Positions 9,112 through 18,092 of a DNA stretch of 64,000 nt are shown here, piece by piece. The position numbers were made by a program, and so were the translations under genes. Within the stretch, counting starts at the first letter, position 1. Each line of letters opens with the position of its first letter. The notes under the pieces were generated by a model that did no database searches, was not told where the DNA came from, and saw only the letters and a list, made by a program, of their open reading frames with translations. Source of the stretch: a virus; the IMG/VR virus record IMGVR_UViG_3300032315_001604, positions 32,001 through 96,000 of that record; one strand, given 5' to 3'.

Positions 9112-9321
9112 ATGATGTTGGAATTCAAAAATCCAATACCTGTTGTCACTCCTATGGGGGATGGATATGCTATATATGTAGTTAATAGCGGAACATTTGA
9201 AAATGATATTTGGACAGTTTGTTTAGAAGAAAGTGGAAAAATCTTGCATTTTCGATCAGATCAACTTAATATTTATGCAAACGCAACATTTGGTATAAAG
9301 AAATGCAACTCACAAAAATAG
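9112..9321 (+). CDS. Small conserved phage hypothetical protein
   Basis: IPVVTPMGDGYAIYV...ENDIWTV pattern; abuts the upstream stop. Confidence 0.55.
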   Translation: MMLEFKNPIPVVTPMGDGYAIYVVNSGTFENDIWTVCLEESGKILHFRSDQLNIYANATFGIKKCNSQK

Positions 9322-9335
9322 TCTAACTTTTTCTG

Positions 9336-9363
9336 TTTACTTTCTTAAAATTTTCTCTATAAT
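9336..9363 (+). promoter_or_regulatory. sigma70-type promoter; ATG 9370 lies 6 nt after the -10 box
   Basis: TTTACT-16 nt-TATAAT. Confidence 0.55.
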
Positions 9364-9369
9364 GTCTTT

Positions 9370-9546
9370 ATGAAAAATATAGATTATTTCCTTTTTATTA
9401 TCATTCCTATAGCCATATTGTTGACTATTGACATTCAACAAACATTTAAAAATCGAGAACTTCAAACTCAAATCGATGAATTAAAAATTATTGTTGACCA
9501 AAAATTTCTTCCTGCTATAATTCTCGAACAACCCAATATTCGATAA
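9370..9546 (+). CDS. 58-aa single-TM protein (not in the ORF track)
   Basis: MKNIDYFLFIIIPIAILLTIDIQQ...; its TAA overlaps ATG 9546; promoter directly upstream. Confidence 0.55.
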   Translation: MKNIDYFLFIIIPIAILLTIDIQQTFKNRELQTQIDELKIIVDQKFLPAIILEQPNIR

Positions 9547-10331
9547 TGCATACCATTATAATTCCTGATGTCCACCAAAGAGTAAATTCTGTAAAATGGG
9601 TTTTAGAAAACGAGAAAGAATATGATGAAGTAGTCTTTCTTGGCGATTGGTTTGATTCTTTTTACGATCCACCAAAAGTTGCAGGATTTGAAGAAACTTG
9701 TGAGTATCTAAAACATCTTGTTTTAGAACATCCCAACAAGGATAAATTTGTTTTTTTAATTGGCAATCATGATATTAGTTATATCTATGAAAATAAAAAC
9801 TTTTCACCTAACCCAGTTTCAAAAACTTTAAAATATTATTGTTCTGGTTTTACAATTTCTAAAGCCAGAAAATTTCGTCGTGTGTTTTTTGATCATGGTT
9901 TAAAAGATGATTTCTTTTTTAAACATTTTAAATTTGCACATCAAACACAAGGATGGACTTTATCTCATGCAGGAATTTCGGTTAAATTTTTTCCTTACGA
10001 TTATAGTATAGAAAGATTTGTAAATGAACTTCTTCCCGATGTTTGGAAAAACTTTAGAAATCTTGAGTATAATCATAATGAAATCATTTCTGCTGCTGGT
10101 TATTATCGCGGTGGACATCATCCAGTAGGTGGCGTTATATGGTATGATTGGAGAGCAGAATTTAGTTCTACTATTGAAACTGGAAAACAAATTGTTGGTC
10201 ATACGACAGTAAAAGAACCAGATTGTATTCACATGAATACACCTTTGGAGTGTTGGAACTTAGATACCGAAAAAGATTACGGTATTATAATTGATGGTCG
10301 TTTGATTACCAAAAAAATAAATATTACATGA
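9546..10331 (+). CDS. Calcineurin-like metallophosphoesterase
   Basis: PDVH, LGDWFD, GNHD, SHAG and GHT motifs. Confidence 0.88.
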   Translation: MHTIIIPDVHQRVNSVKWVLENEKEYDEVVFLGDWFDSFYDPPKVAGFEETCEYLKHLVLEHPNKDKFVFLIGNHDISYIYENKNFSPNPVSKTLKYYCSGFTISKARKFRRVFFDHGLKDDFFFKHFKFAHQTQGWTLSHAGISVKFFPYDYSIERFVNELLPDVWKNFRNLEYNHNEIISAAGYYRGGHHPVGGVIWYDWRAEFSSTIETGKQIVGHTTVKEPDCIHMNTPLECWNLDTEKDYGIIIDGRLITKKINIT

Positions 10332-10540
10332 CTGTTAAAGAATTAATAAATCGATTACAACAAATCGATAACCAAGAAATGATAGTTGTTGTTAATGGCT
10401 ATGAAGACGGATTTGATGACATCAAAGATCCAAAGGTCGTTGCTACTTATGAGCAAGTAGATCGTAATTGGTATAACGGAAAATACGAACAAATTTCTTC
10501 TGGACAAGGTGGCAATCTTATGCTACTATTGCCTAGATAA
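10328..10540 (+). CDS. Small conserved phage hypothetical protein
   Basis: MTVKELINRLQ...VVVNGYEDGFDD; overlaps both neighbours by their start/stop codons. Confidence 0.6.
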   Translation: MTVKELINRLQQIDNQEMIVVVNGYEDGFDDIKDPKVVATYEQVDRNWYNGKYEQISSGQGGNLMLLLPR

Positions 10541-10953
10541 TGAAAAAGAAAGTTTTATATATTATAACTGGTCCTTCTGGAGCGGGTAAAACTACTCGCG
10601 CTAAAGAATTAATGCGCGAAAAAGGCATTAAGCACCATTACGAAGCAGATATGCTTATGATTGATCGTAATGGAGATTACGCATTTAATCCTAGAAAATT
10701 AAAAGAGTGTCATGGTTGGTGTCAGAAAGCAACCGAAAGAGCTATGCTTCTCGGTGAAGCTGTTATTATTTCCAATACAATGACAATGAAATGGGAAGCA
10801 GAACCTTATATTGAAATGGCAAGACATCACGGCTATCATATCATAATTGAACATTTAAAAACTGAATACAAAAATGTTCATGAGGTTCCTCAAGAAATTG
10901 TGGAAAAAATGAAAGCTAGAAGAGAATTTTTTAAATTGGAGGATTTTGAATAA
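10540..10953 (+). CDS. P-loop kinase (polynucleotide kinase-like, AAA_33 type)
   Basis: GPSGAGKTT Walker A, EAD, VIISNT, HEVP...KM..R lid. Confidence 0.8.
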   Translation: MKKKVLYIITGPSGAGKTTRAKELMREKGIKHHYEADMLMIDRNGDYAFNPRKLKECHGWCQKATERAMLLGEAVIISNTMTMKWEAEPYIEMARHHGYHIIIEHLKTEYKNVHEVPQEIVEKMKARREFFKLEDFE

Positions 10954-11605
10954 TATGAGCATAGAAAAAATTATAGCAAGAGATCATAAACTTAGTGAAG
11001 ATTATCTTAAAGAAGCCAAACTTAATACTTGGCAAAAATTAAATTTTCATATCCGTTCTTGGACAAACAAAAAATTTGGTGTCTGGGATATTTGGGATAT
11101 TGTTCCTTATGGTTGGCAAAGATTTTATTACGACAAAATCAAAACCATTTTTAAACCACATCACTCTAGACTTCGTAAAGCTATTCCTCGTCAATGGTGG
11201 GATCTTACTGGTCTGATTGTTGAGATTAATTTTGAAATCATTAAATCCTTTTACGAAGATGAATACTCAAAAGGAATTGTTGATTGGGACGCTGATGAAC
11301 ACCATAAAAAATTTGCTGAATGGTTGGAAGCATCTTACAAATACATCACTGTGGAACGCCCAGAATTTGAAAAACAAAAAGATGCTTCATATCCAAAAAC
11401 AGATAATTTTTCTGATTGGTTTGGAGAAGAAAAAACTGATAAAAATGGCGTTGTTACTCGCACAATGAAAACTTGTGAAGAACGCTATGGAAAGTCGTAT
11501 GAAGAGGTTTATGCTGAAGTTAATAGACTTGAAGCTCTTATTGATAAAACTGACACAGAAATATTAACAGAACTTATTAAAAAAAGAAATTATTTTTGGA
11601 CATAA
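10946..11605 (+). CDS. Hypothetical protein
   Basis: 219-aa ORF coupled to its neighbours. Confidence 0.6.
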   Translation: MNNMSIEKIIARDHKLSEDYLKEAKLNTWQKLNFHIRSWTNKKFGVWDIWDIVPYGWQRFYYDKIKTIFKPHHSRLRKAIPRQWWDLTGLIVEINFEIIKSFYEDEYSKGIVDWDADEHHKKFAEWLEASYKYITVERPEFEKQKDASYPKTDNFSDWFGEEKTDKNGVVTRTMKTCEERYGKSYEEVYAEVNRLEALIDKTDTEILTELIKKRNYFWT

Positions 11606-12117
11606 TGAAAATAAAATTAAATTCAGAACAACTTGAATATGCTAAAAATTTAGCATCAAAAAGACATGAATCAAAAAACATTTCTTTTAGAAATGCACAT
11701 AGATTACATAAAAATTTAAAAAAATCTAAATTAGATCATTATATTTTACACATTACTCATAAAGCACATTTTTTAGGAGTTTTAGGAGAAATGGCTTATG
11801 CAAAAATTGTTAACGATAAAATTGATGAAAACATTTATGAGGTTAGAGATACAGGAGCAGATGTTGGAGATGTAGAAGTAAAAACATCGACATGGAAAGG
11901 TAATGATATAGAATTAAAAGTTCAGAAAAACCATTTTGAAACAAAATTTCCAAAAAAATATGTTTTGGTAAGAATAGATGAAAATAATTTTGATGAAATT
12001 GAAGTTATTGGGGAAATAACAAGAGAAGATTTTGATAAAAAGAAAAAAATAAAACAATACGCTCCAAATTATCCTATCAATTATATTGTTGGTATGAACA
12101 GTTTAAATTTATTGTAA
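11596..12117 (+). CDS. PD-(D/E)XK nuclease-like protein
   Basis: GxLGE helix followed by D...VEVKT. Confidence 0.5.
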   Translation: MDIMKIKLNSEQLEYAKNLASKRHESKNISFRNAHRLHKNLKKSKLDHYILHITHKAHFLGVLGEMAYAKIVNDKIDENIYEVRDTGADVGDVEVKTSTWKGNDIELKVQKNHFETKFPKKYVLVRIDENNFDEIEVIGEITREDFDKKKKIKQYAPNYPINYIVGMNSLNLL

Positions 12118-12118
12118 T

Positions 12119-12511
12119 ATGGCTGAATATAAAAATTTTATAATGACAAAAGAATTTTTGGATAATAATCCAAAAGCTATTTTTGTATTTGGAGATAATA
12201 CAATTCGTCAAGGTTATGGTGGAGCAGCAATACTAAGAGATCATCCACAATCTTATGGTTTTATTACAAAAAAATATCCTGATAACAAAGACGAATCTTT
12301 TTATCAGCCTAAAGAGTATGCAATTGTTTTTTTTGATGAACTTGTAAAATTGAGAGAAAAAATTCAAGACGATCCATTTAAAATGTTTTACATATCTCAA
12401 TTAGGTGGTGGTTTAGCAAACAAATATAACATTTGGGAAAAGGTTATTAAAAGTGGTTTGGAAAAAAATTTGCAAGAGTTTCCAAATGTGGTATTCTTGT
12501 GGGGGAAATAA
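12119..12511 (+). CDS. Macro-domain-like protein
   Basis: IFVFGDN..RQGYGGAA.LR..P..YGFITKK...QLGGGLA resembles macro-fold Gly loops. Confidence 0.45.
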   Translation: MAEYKNFIMTKEFLDNNPKAIFVFGDNTIRQGYGGAAILRDHPQSYGFITKKYPDNKDESFYQPKEYAIVFFDELVKLREKIQDDPFKMFYISQLGGGLANKYNIWEKVIKSGLEKNLQEFPNVVFLWGK

Positions 12512-12512
12512 A

Positions 12513-12737
12513 ATGATTTACGGATTTAATATAACCGAAGAATATGCTTTAAGTTTTGGTCTTTTTTATAAAGTTCGAAATTTTAAAGATGGCATTACAT
12601 TTTTTGAATTTTTGCTTAATTTAAATCTTTATAAAGCAGATCACAATCCACAGATTCGATTAAATTTGGTTATATTTAATTTTACTATTTTTGACATTAC
12701 GTTATATAACGTAAGGCACTATGACTCTTATCTGTGA
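12513..12737 (+). CDS. Hypothetical hydrophobic protein; start moved from 12453
   Basis: ATG 12513 follows the upstream stop. Confidence 0.45.
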   Translation: MIYGFNITEEYALSFGLFYKVRNFKDGITFFEFLLNLNLYKADHNPQIRLNLVIFNFTIFDITLYNVRHYDSYL

Positions 12738-13809
12738 TAAACCATCTGTTGATGATGGGTTTGGTATATACGAACATGACTTTTGTGGTATACCTGCTTA
12801 TTTGATTATTCCTGCTATTGATGCAAAATGGAATAAAAATAATTTAAACTACAGATCCTTAATTATAAGCAAAGAGAATTCCGAAGTTCTTTCTAGTGGC
12901 TGGCCTAAATTTTTTAATTGTGGCGAAAAACCAGATTGCTATCCAGATCCAAACAAATATGATGATTGGAACATACAAGAAAAACTTGATGGTTCTTTAT
13001 TGATTGCAGATTATGTTAATGGAAAATTTAATATGCGAACTCGCGGAACAGCTTCGTATATAACCCAAAACAATTTTTCTGATTTTGAGCTTTTAAAGGA
13101 TTATCATTCAGACATTGTTTCTTTTTTAGAAGAAAATAGTCATCTGTCTTTGCTTTTAGAAATTATTACTCCAAATAATATTATTGTTATTAGAACGCCA
13201 ATGGTTCAATTTTATTTGCTTGGTGCAATCGATAAAACGACTTTAAACCCTTTGCCTTTAAAAAAAGTTGAAGAAATTTCTCAAGAATTAAAAATTCCTA
13301 CTCCTGAAGTATTTTCTTTTGAAAATTTAGAAGAAACTATTAAAACAGTCAAAGAGTGGAAAGGAAAAGAGGGTATTGTTATTTCATATAACGACAATCA
13401 AAATCGAATTAAAATTAAATCAGATTGGTATTGTTGGATTCATAAAATTAAATCTAAATTAAATTCCGAATCAAACTTAATTGAATTTTATGTAAACGAA
13501 GGTCTTCCATCATATAAAAAATTTTATGATATTATAAAAAACAATTTTGATTGGGAACTTGCCGAACAAATGACAAATGAAATTTCTAAAATGGTAGATT
13601 GTGGAAAAAAAGTCAAAAAAATTATTAAAGGAATGGATAGGTTTATTGATACAATTAAACACTATCCTACAAGAAAAAAACAAGCTCAACAAATAATGTC
13701 TTCGTATGGCAGCAATCAAAATAATACGTCAGGAATGCTTTTTAATTTATTAGATGGTAAAAATTTAACCAAAGAACAACTGATCAAACTAATGCATCAA
13801 AATTTATGA
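12721..13809 (+). CDS. rnl1: RNA ligase, T4 Rnl1-like
   Basis: WPKFFN, EKLDGSL (motif I, adenylated Lys), EII, EGIV, KIKSDWY, helical C-terminal domain. Confidence 0.88.
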   Translation: MTLICDKPSVDDGFGIYEHDFCGIPAYLIIPAIDAKWNKNNLNYRSLIISKENSEVLSSGWPKFFNCGEKPDCYPDPNKYDDWNIQEKLDGSLLIADYVNGKFNMRTRGTASYITQNNFSDFELLKDYHSDIVSFLEENSHLSLLLEIITPNNIIVIRTPMVQFYLLGAIDKTTLNPLPLKKVEEISQELKIPTPEVFSFENLEETIKTVKEWKGKEGIVISYNDNQNRIKIKSDWYCWIHKIKSKLNSESNLIEFYVNEGLPSYKKFYDIIKNNFDWELAEQMTNEISKMVDCGKKVKKIIKGMDRFIDTIKHYPTRKKQAQQIMSSYGSNQNNTSGMLFNLLDGKNLTKEQLIKLMHQNL

Positions 13810-14066
13810 AAAGAAAACAAATAGAAGAATATATTGAACTATATAATCCAGAACTAGAAATACTTTTAGCAGACGGTTTTGATGAAGCATTTTTAGGTAT
13901 TGGTCAACAATTTAACAATTTTTTTGCAATTTATGATCGATTTAAATGTGTTGAAATTTTAGCTAAAGATATGACTTTGGAAGATGCCGAAGAATATTTT
14001 GATTTTAATGTTGTCGGTGCTTATGTCGGGGAAAACACACCAGTTTTTGTTGACATTATTCGATAA
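13806..14066 (+). CDS. Conserved phage hypothetical protein
   Basis: ADGFDEAFLG...AIYD...EDAEEYFDFNV.GAYVGENTP pattern. Confidence 0.65.
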   Translation: MKRKQIEEYIELYNPELEILLADGFDEAFLGIGQQFNNFFAIYDRFKCVEILAKDMTLEDAEEYFDFNVVGAYVGENTPVFVDIIR

Positions 14067-14078
14067 ATCCTATAGAAT
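14050..14078 (+). promoter_or_regulatory. sigma70-type promoter; ATG 14085 lies 6 nt after the -10 box
   Basis: TTGACA-17 nt-TAGAAT. Confidence 0.7.
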
Positions 14079-14084
14079 GGTTTT

Positions 14085-14513
14085 ATGAATGTTTTAAAAA
14101 TTAAGTTTTTATCCGAATCTGCAACGTGTCCATCAAGAGCAAATATAACTGATGCAGGGTTGGATTTGTGTGCAGCAGAAGATATGACTATTTTGGCTCA
14201 AAATAGGGGTATGATCAAGACTGATTTGGCTTTTGAAATTCCTGAAGGTTATTATGGTAGAGTTGCTCCAAGATCAGGTCTGGCTCTAAAAAACGGTATT
14301 GATGTTTTTGCAGGTGTTGTTGATAGTTCTTATAGAGGACCAGTTAATGTTATTTTATACAATAGCGATAAAGCTGATTTTCATGTATCAAAAGGAGACA
14401 GAATTGCTCAAATCATCATCGAAAAACATTATAATTTTTCTCTTGAAATTGTTGATGTTTTAAGTGATACTACTAGAGGATCTGGCGGTTTTGGATCTAC
14501 TGGAATGCAATGA
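14085..14513 (+). CDS. dut: Trimeric dUTPase
   Basis: AGLDL, RSG, GVVDSSYRG, DRIAQ and RGSGGFGSTG motifs. Confidence 0.97.
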   Translation: MNVLKIKFLSESATCPSRANITDAGLDLCAAEDMTILAQNRGMIKTDLAFEIPEGYYGRVAPRSGLALKNGIDVFAGVVDSSYRGPVNVILYNSDKADFHVSKGDRIAQIIIEKHYNFSLEIVDVLSDTTRGSGGFGSTGMQ

Positions 14514-15007
14514 ATATTTTTGTTTTAGATGAACATCCTGTAATTGCAGCACAATATAACTGCGATAAACATGTTGTTAAAATGGTTTTAGAATTATTTC
14601 AACAACTTGGTTCTGCTGTCATTAGACATGGTGCAAAACCAGAAAAAATGCCTTTGACTTCAAAAGGTACTCCATTAAAGGGCGGATATCACAATCATCC
14701 TTGCACTCGTTGGTGTGGCGATTCTCGTATTAATTTTATGTGGGCATCATCTCATGCTATTGCACTTTGTAAAGAATATACAGCACGATATGGTAAAAAA
14801 CATTCATGCGAAAATGGCATTAATCAATTAGCAAATATGCAATATATGATTCCAGATGGTTCTTTAACACCATTTGCTCTTGCTATGCCCGATCAACACA
14901 AATCTCATGATGCTGTAACAGCTTATCGAAATTATTACCTTAGTGATAAAAAATCATTTGCGACTTGGAATAAACTTAACAATACTCCTTTTTGGTGGAA
15001 ATTATGA
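14510..15007 (+). CDS. Pyrimidine-dimer DNA glycosylase-like protein (DenV-related family)
   Basis: MNIFVLD...AAQ..CDKHVVKM.LE..Q, HNHPCTRW, AYRNYY..DK...A.W. Confidence 0.7.
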   Translation: MNIFVLDEHPVIAAQYNCDKHVVKMVLELFQQLGSAVIRHGAKPEKMPLTSKGTPLKGGYHNHPCTRWCGDSRINFMWASSHAIALCKEYTARYGKKHSCENGINQLANMQYMIPDGSLTPFALAMPDQHKSHDAVTAYRNYYLSDKKSFATWNKLNNTPFWWKL

Positions 15008-15588
15008 ACAAAAACATTGCTAAACTAATTGCCGATGTTTCTAAAAAATGCATCGAAAATAAAATTAATTTTAGATTAGAATATGCGGAACAAGTTGATG
15101 TTAATAATATACCTTGTAGTGGATATTTTGATGAAGAAAGTTTAGTTGTCGCTGTAAAAAAGAAAAAGATCGAAGATTGGTTGGATATTTTAGTACACGA
15201 ATCTTGTCATTTGGATCAATGTATTAAAAAATCAAAATATTGGTATCCTGATGATGTTGGATTGTTTGTTGTTGAAGGATATCTTAAAGGAAAAAAATAT
15301 AGTCAAAAAAAGATTTATAATGCTTTTATAAACACAATCAATATGGAAATGGATTGTGAAAAGAGAACTATTCAAAAAATTAAAAAATATAAATTGGATA
15401 TTAATATTGATCTTTATATACAAAAAGCTAACTCTTATTTGTTTGGATATGGTGCAGTATTTAAAGATAAATTTTGGCCAAAAGCCCCATACGAAAATCC
15501 TAAAATATATCTAAAAATGCCTAAAATTTTCTTGACAGCAGAAGAATATTTTGATGTGCCTGACAAATATTTAAAATTATATAAATAG
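14992..15588 (+). CDS. Zincin-like metallopeptidase domain protein
   Basis: LVHESCH (HExxH) followed by a downstream E. Confidence 0.5.
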   Translation: MVEIMNKNIAKLIADVSKKCIENKINFRLEYAEQVDVNNIPCSGYFDEESLVVAVKKKKIEDWLDILVHESCHLDQCIKKSKYWYPDDVGLFVVEGYLKGKKYSQKKIYNAFINTINMEMDCEKRTIQKIKKYKLDINIDLYIQKANSYLFGYGAVFKDKFWPKAPYENPKIYLKMPKIFLTAEEYFDVPDKYLKLYK

Positions 15589-15592
15589 ATGT

Positions 15593-15832
15593 ATGAAAAA
15601 GATAATCCGTCCATCAGAAAACGAAGAAGCCGTTTATTATTCTGATTTTAACGGAAAACTATTAAATGATGTTCCACCAGTTGAAATTAGTATTGACTTT
15701 AATTATGGTTCAAAGTATGATGGATGTAAGCTAGAAATTCATCTTGGTGATGGGGAATTTGATGAAATTTTGGCATTTTTAAAAACAAAATTATCATCTG
15801 ACTTTAAACATAATTATGAGCAGTTTAAATAG
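15593..15832 (+). CDS. Hypothetical protein
   Basis: 79-aa ORF in operon context. Confidence 0.5.
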   Translation: MKKIIRPSENEEAVYYSDFNGKLLNDVPPVEISIDFNYGSKYDGCKLEIHLGDGEFDEILAFLKTKLSSDFKHNYEQFK

Positions 15833-16403
15833 AGACACCGTTTTAGTTTTAAATAAAAATTGGCAAGCTATTAACATTAGTACACCAGCAGATGCATTAT
15901 CTATGATGTATGCTAATACTGCTACTGGCTTGGACATTCGCGGTAAAGACGATATGGTTCCTCTGACATGGAAAGAATGGATAAATCTTTCTTGTTCTGA
16001 TCAAGATTCTTTTGTTAAAACCATTCAAGGAAAAGTAAAAATTCCAAAAATTATTATTTTGTGTCGTTATGATAAAGTTCCTAAAAAACGTCCCAAAATT
16101 ACCCGAAGGGGTATTTGGATTAGAGATCAAGGAATTTGCCAGTATACAGGTAAAAAAATTAATCCAAACGAAGGAAATATCGATCACGTTATTCCTAAAA
16201 GTCGCGGAGGTGCTACGGATTGGACTAATTGCGTACTAGCACATAAAAAAGTAAATGCTAAAAAAGCTGATAGAACACCAGAAGAAGCAGGATTAAAATT
16301 AATTCGACAACCTTCTGTTCCAAAAGAATTACCAGTTTCTTTTTATCTTACAAACAAATACAACATTCAAGAATGGGAATTGTTTTTGAATTCTAAATCA
16401 TGA
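15816..16403 (+). CDS. HNH endonuclease (McrA-like)
   Basis: VLVLNKNW start, IRDQGICQYTG, DHVIPKSRGG, W.NCV...N..K. Confidence 0.9.
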   Translation: MSSLNRDTVLVLNKNWQAINISTPADALSMMYANTATGLDIRGKDDMVPLTWKEWINLSCSDQDSFVKTIQGKVKIPKIIILCRYDKVPKKRPKITRRGIWIRDQGICQYTGKKINPNEGNIDHVIPKSRGGATDWTNCVLAHKKVNAKKADRTPEEAGLKLIRQPSVPKELPVSFYLTNKYNIQEWELFLNSKS

Positions 16404-16807
16404 GAGAGTCTTGGCAAAAACACGCTATGGAACTTGCAAAAGTTGCCATGTTAAGATCCGAAGACCCACATAAAAAAGTTGGTGCATGTATTCTTGGACA
16501 TAATAATGAAGTTTTAGCTGTTGCTTATAATGGTTTAGCAAGTGGTGTAAACGTTCACAATACTTTCTGGAAAGACAGAGATGAACGTAGACCTTTTATG
16601 ATTCACGCTGAAACAAATTGTTTGGCAAGAATTCGTCAAGGTGAAGGGAAATTAATAGCTTGTACTTTGTTACCTTGCTCTAATTGTGCAATTAATATTG
16701 TGGCTCATGGAATTAAAGAAGTGTTCTTTAATGAAATGTACAGCAGAGACTATAAGGCTGTAGAGATTTTTAGTTTTTATGGCGTTAAGTGCCATCAACT
16801 TGATTAA
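16400..16807 (+). CDS. cd: dCMP deaminase
   Basis: SEDPHKKVGA, YNG, HAETN, PCSNC zinc-binding motifs. Confidence 0.92.
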   Translation: MRESWQKHAMELAKVAMLRSEDPHKKVGACILGHNNEVLAVAYNGLASGVNVHNTFWKDRDERRPFMIHAETNCLARIRQGEGKLIACTLLPCSNCAINIVAHGIKEVFFNEMYSRDYKAVEIFSFYGVKCHQLD

Positions 16808-17706
16808 AGTTCGTATGCGCCTTTTGCCAATCTGTAATCGATTGGTTCAGACATAGAATATTCTTTGACTGCTTTTTCTATACTTTCTTTGACAGTTGGA
16901 AGTCCTAACCCCATACTTTCAATTTTATCAGTGTTTAAAATACAATTACTTCTACCAACTTTAAATTTGGCATCAGGAATAGAAACAAAATTCCACTTTG
17001 GATTTTCTAATCCATGAGACTTTAAAATTTCAACAACTTCTTTGGCTTCAATACTACCTTTATTCGTAACATTATAAATTCCTAAAAGTCTATTCTTTTC
17101 AATGAACTTGTAAACAAAATTTACAAGATCATCAACATTAGTAATAGAATTTTGTTGACTAATTAAATTATCATAGTTTAAAATTTTCCAAAGATAATTT
17201 TTAGATTCAGAAACGCCATTAAAAGGTATACGAATTCTAAAGATATATCTTTCGAAATGCTCACTTAACTTTTCAAAAGCATCTTTAGTTTTAGAATAAA
17301 AAGAACTAAAATTACTATCTGCTCCGAAATTTGGAAGATCATCTTCGGTATATTGTTGTGAATAACCATCATAAATGCAACCAGATCCAATGTGAATAAT
17401 TGGAATTCTGAGACGGTTGGCGACTTTAGTAATATATAAAGGTACTGTTACGTTATAATGATAACAATTTTCTTTGTCGGTTTCACATGCTTCAACATTA
17501 GGTCTACCAGTATAACCAGAACAATTTATAATCCAATCGAAATGTGCTTTTGGATAGTTCGATTCTCTGTGTAAAAAATTTACAAATGTATCAGGATCTT
17601 CATAATTCAAATCAGATTTACTAATATGAACAATGTTATGCTTTTCATTAGCCTTTGCTAAATAGTTTCCAATATAACCTTTTCCGAGTATTAATATTTT
17701 CATCAT
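16804..17706 (-). CDS. NDP-4-keto-6-deoxyglucose 3,5-epimerase/4-reductase (NRS/ER, RmlD-like SDR)
   Basis: GKGYIG, GYTGRPNVEACE, GCIY, SFYSKTK (YxxxK), RIRIPF, GIYNVTNKG, RSNCILNTDKI. Confidence 0.85.
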   Translation of the reverse strand: MMKILILGKGYIGNYLAKANEKHNIVHISKSDLNYEDPDTFVNFLHRESNYPKAHFDWIINCSGYTGRPNVEACETDKENCYHYNVTVPLYITKVANRLRIPIIHIGSGCIYDGYSQQYTEDDLPNFGADSNFSSFYSKTKDAFEKLSEHFERYIFRIRIPFNGVSESKNYLWKILNYDNLISQQNSITNVDDLVNFVYKFIEKNRLLGIYNVTNKGSIEAKEVVEILKSHGLENPKWNFVSIPDAKFKVGRSNCILNTDKIESMGLGLPTVKESIEKAVKEYSMSEPIDYRLAKGAYEL

Positions 17707-18092
17707 TTTATATATTCTGCATTAAAAGTTTTTCCACTCCATTCCCTAGCGGAATGAGATTTTTGAGCAATGTCTGATATATTATCTTTGTAAGATCTAA
17801 TTCTAAAAGATCCTTCTGCGTCATATGTCCAGAGTTGATTTTTACCTGATGGATACATATATGCTGTCATAGCATGACCTCTAAGTTTTCCGTTTTTATC
17901 ATACCAACTATATCTAAAAACTTCTGACCATATATTATATTTTTTTAAAGATTGTTTAAATATTATAGCTGTGGGTAAACAAGAATTTATTTCTTTTTCC
18001 ATCCAAAATTCAGGATTTTGTGGTGTATTAACACAAGCTACGCTTAAAAAACAAACTATTAATAAATAGTATTTTTTTATTTGATAGGACAT
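17703..18092 (-). CDS. Predicted lipoprotein with a papain/transglutaminase-like Cys-His-Asp triad
   Basis: LSVAC lipobox; NSCLPTA, GHAM, WTYD. Confidence 0.5.
   Translation of the reverse strand: MSYQIKKYYLLIVCFLSVACVNTPQNPEFWMEKEINSCLPTAIIFKQSLKKYNIWSEVFRYSWYDKNGKLRGHAMTAYMYPSGKNQLWTYDAEGSFRIRSYKDNISDIAQKSHSAREWSGKTFNAEYIK

Noticed and set aside
15816-16403. HNH gene as a mobile homing element
   Set aside because: It is a McrA-like type with coupled overlaps on both sides and interrupts no gene; no evidence of mobility
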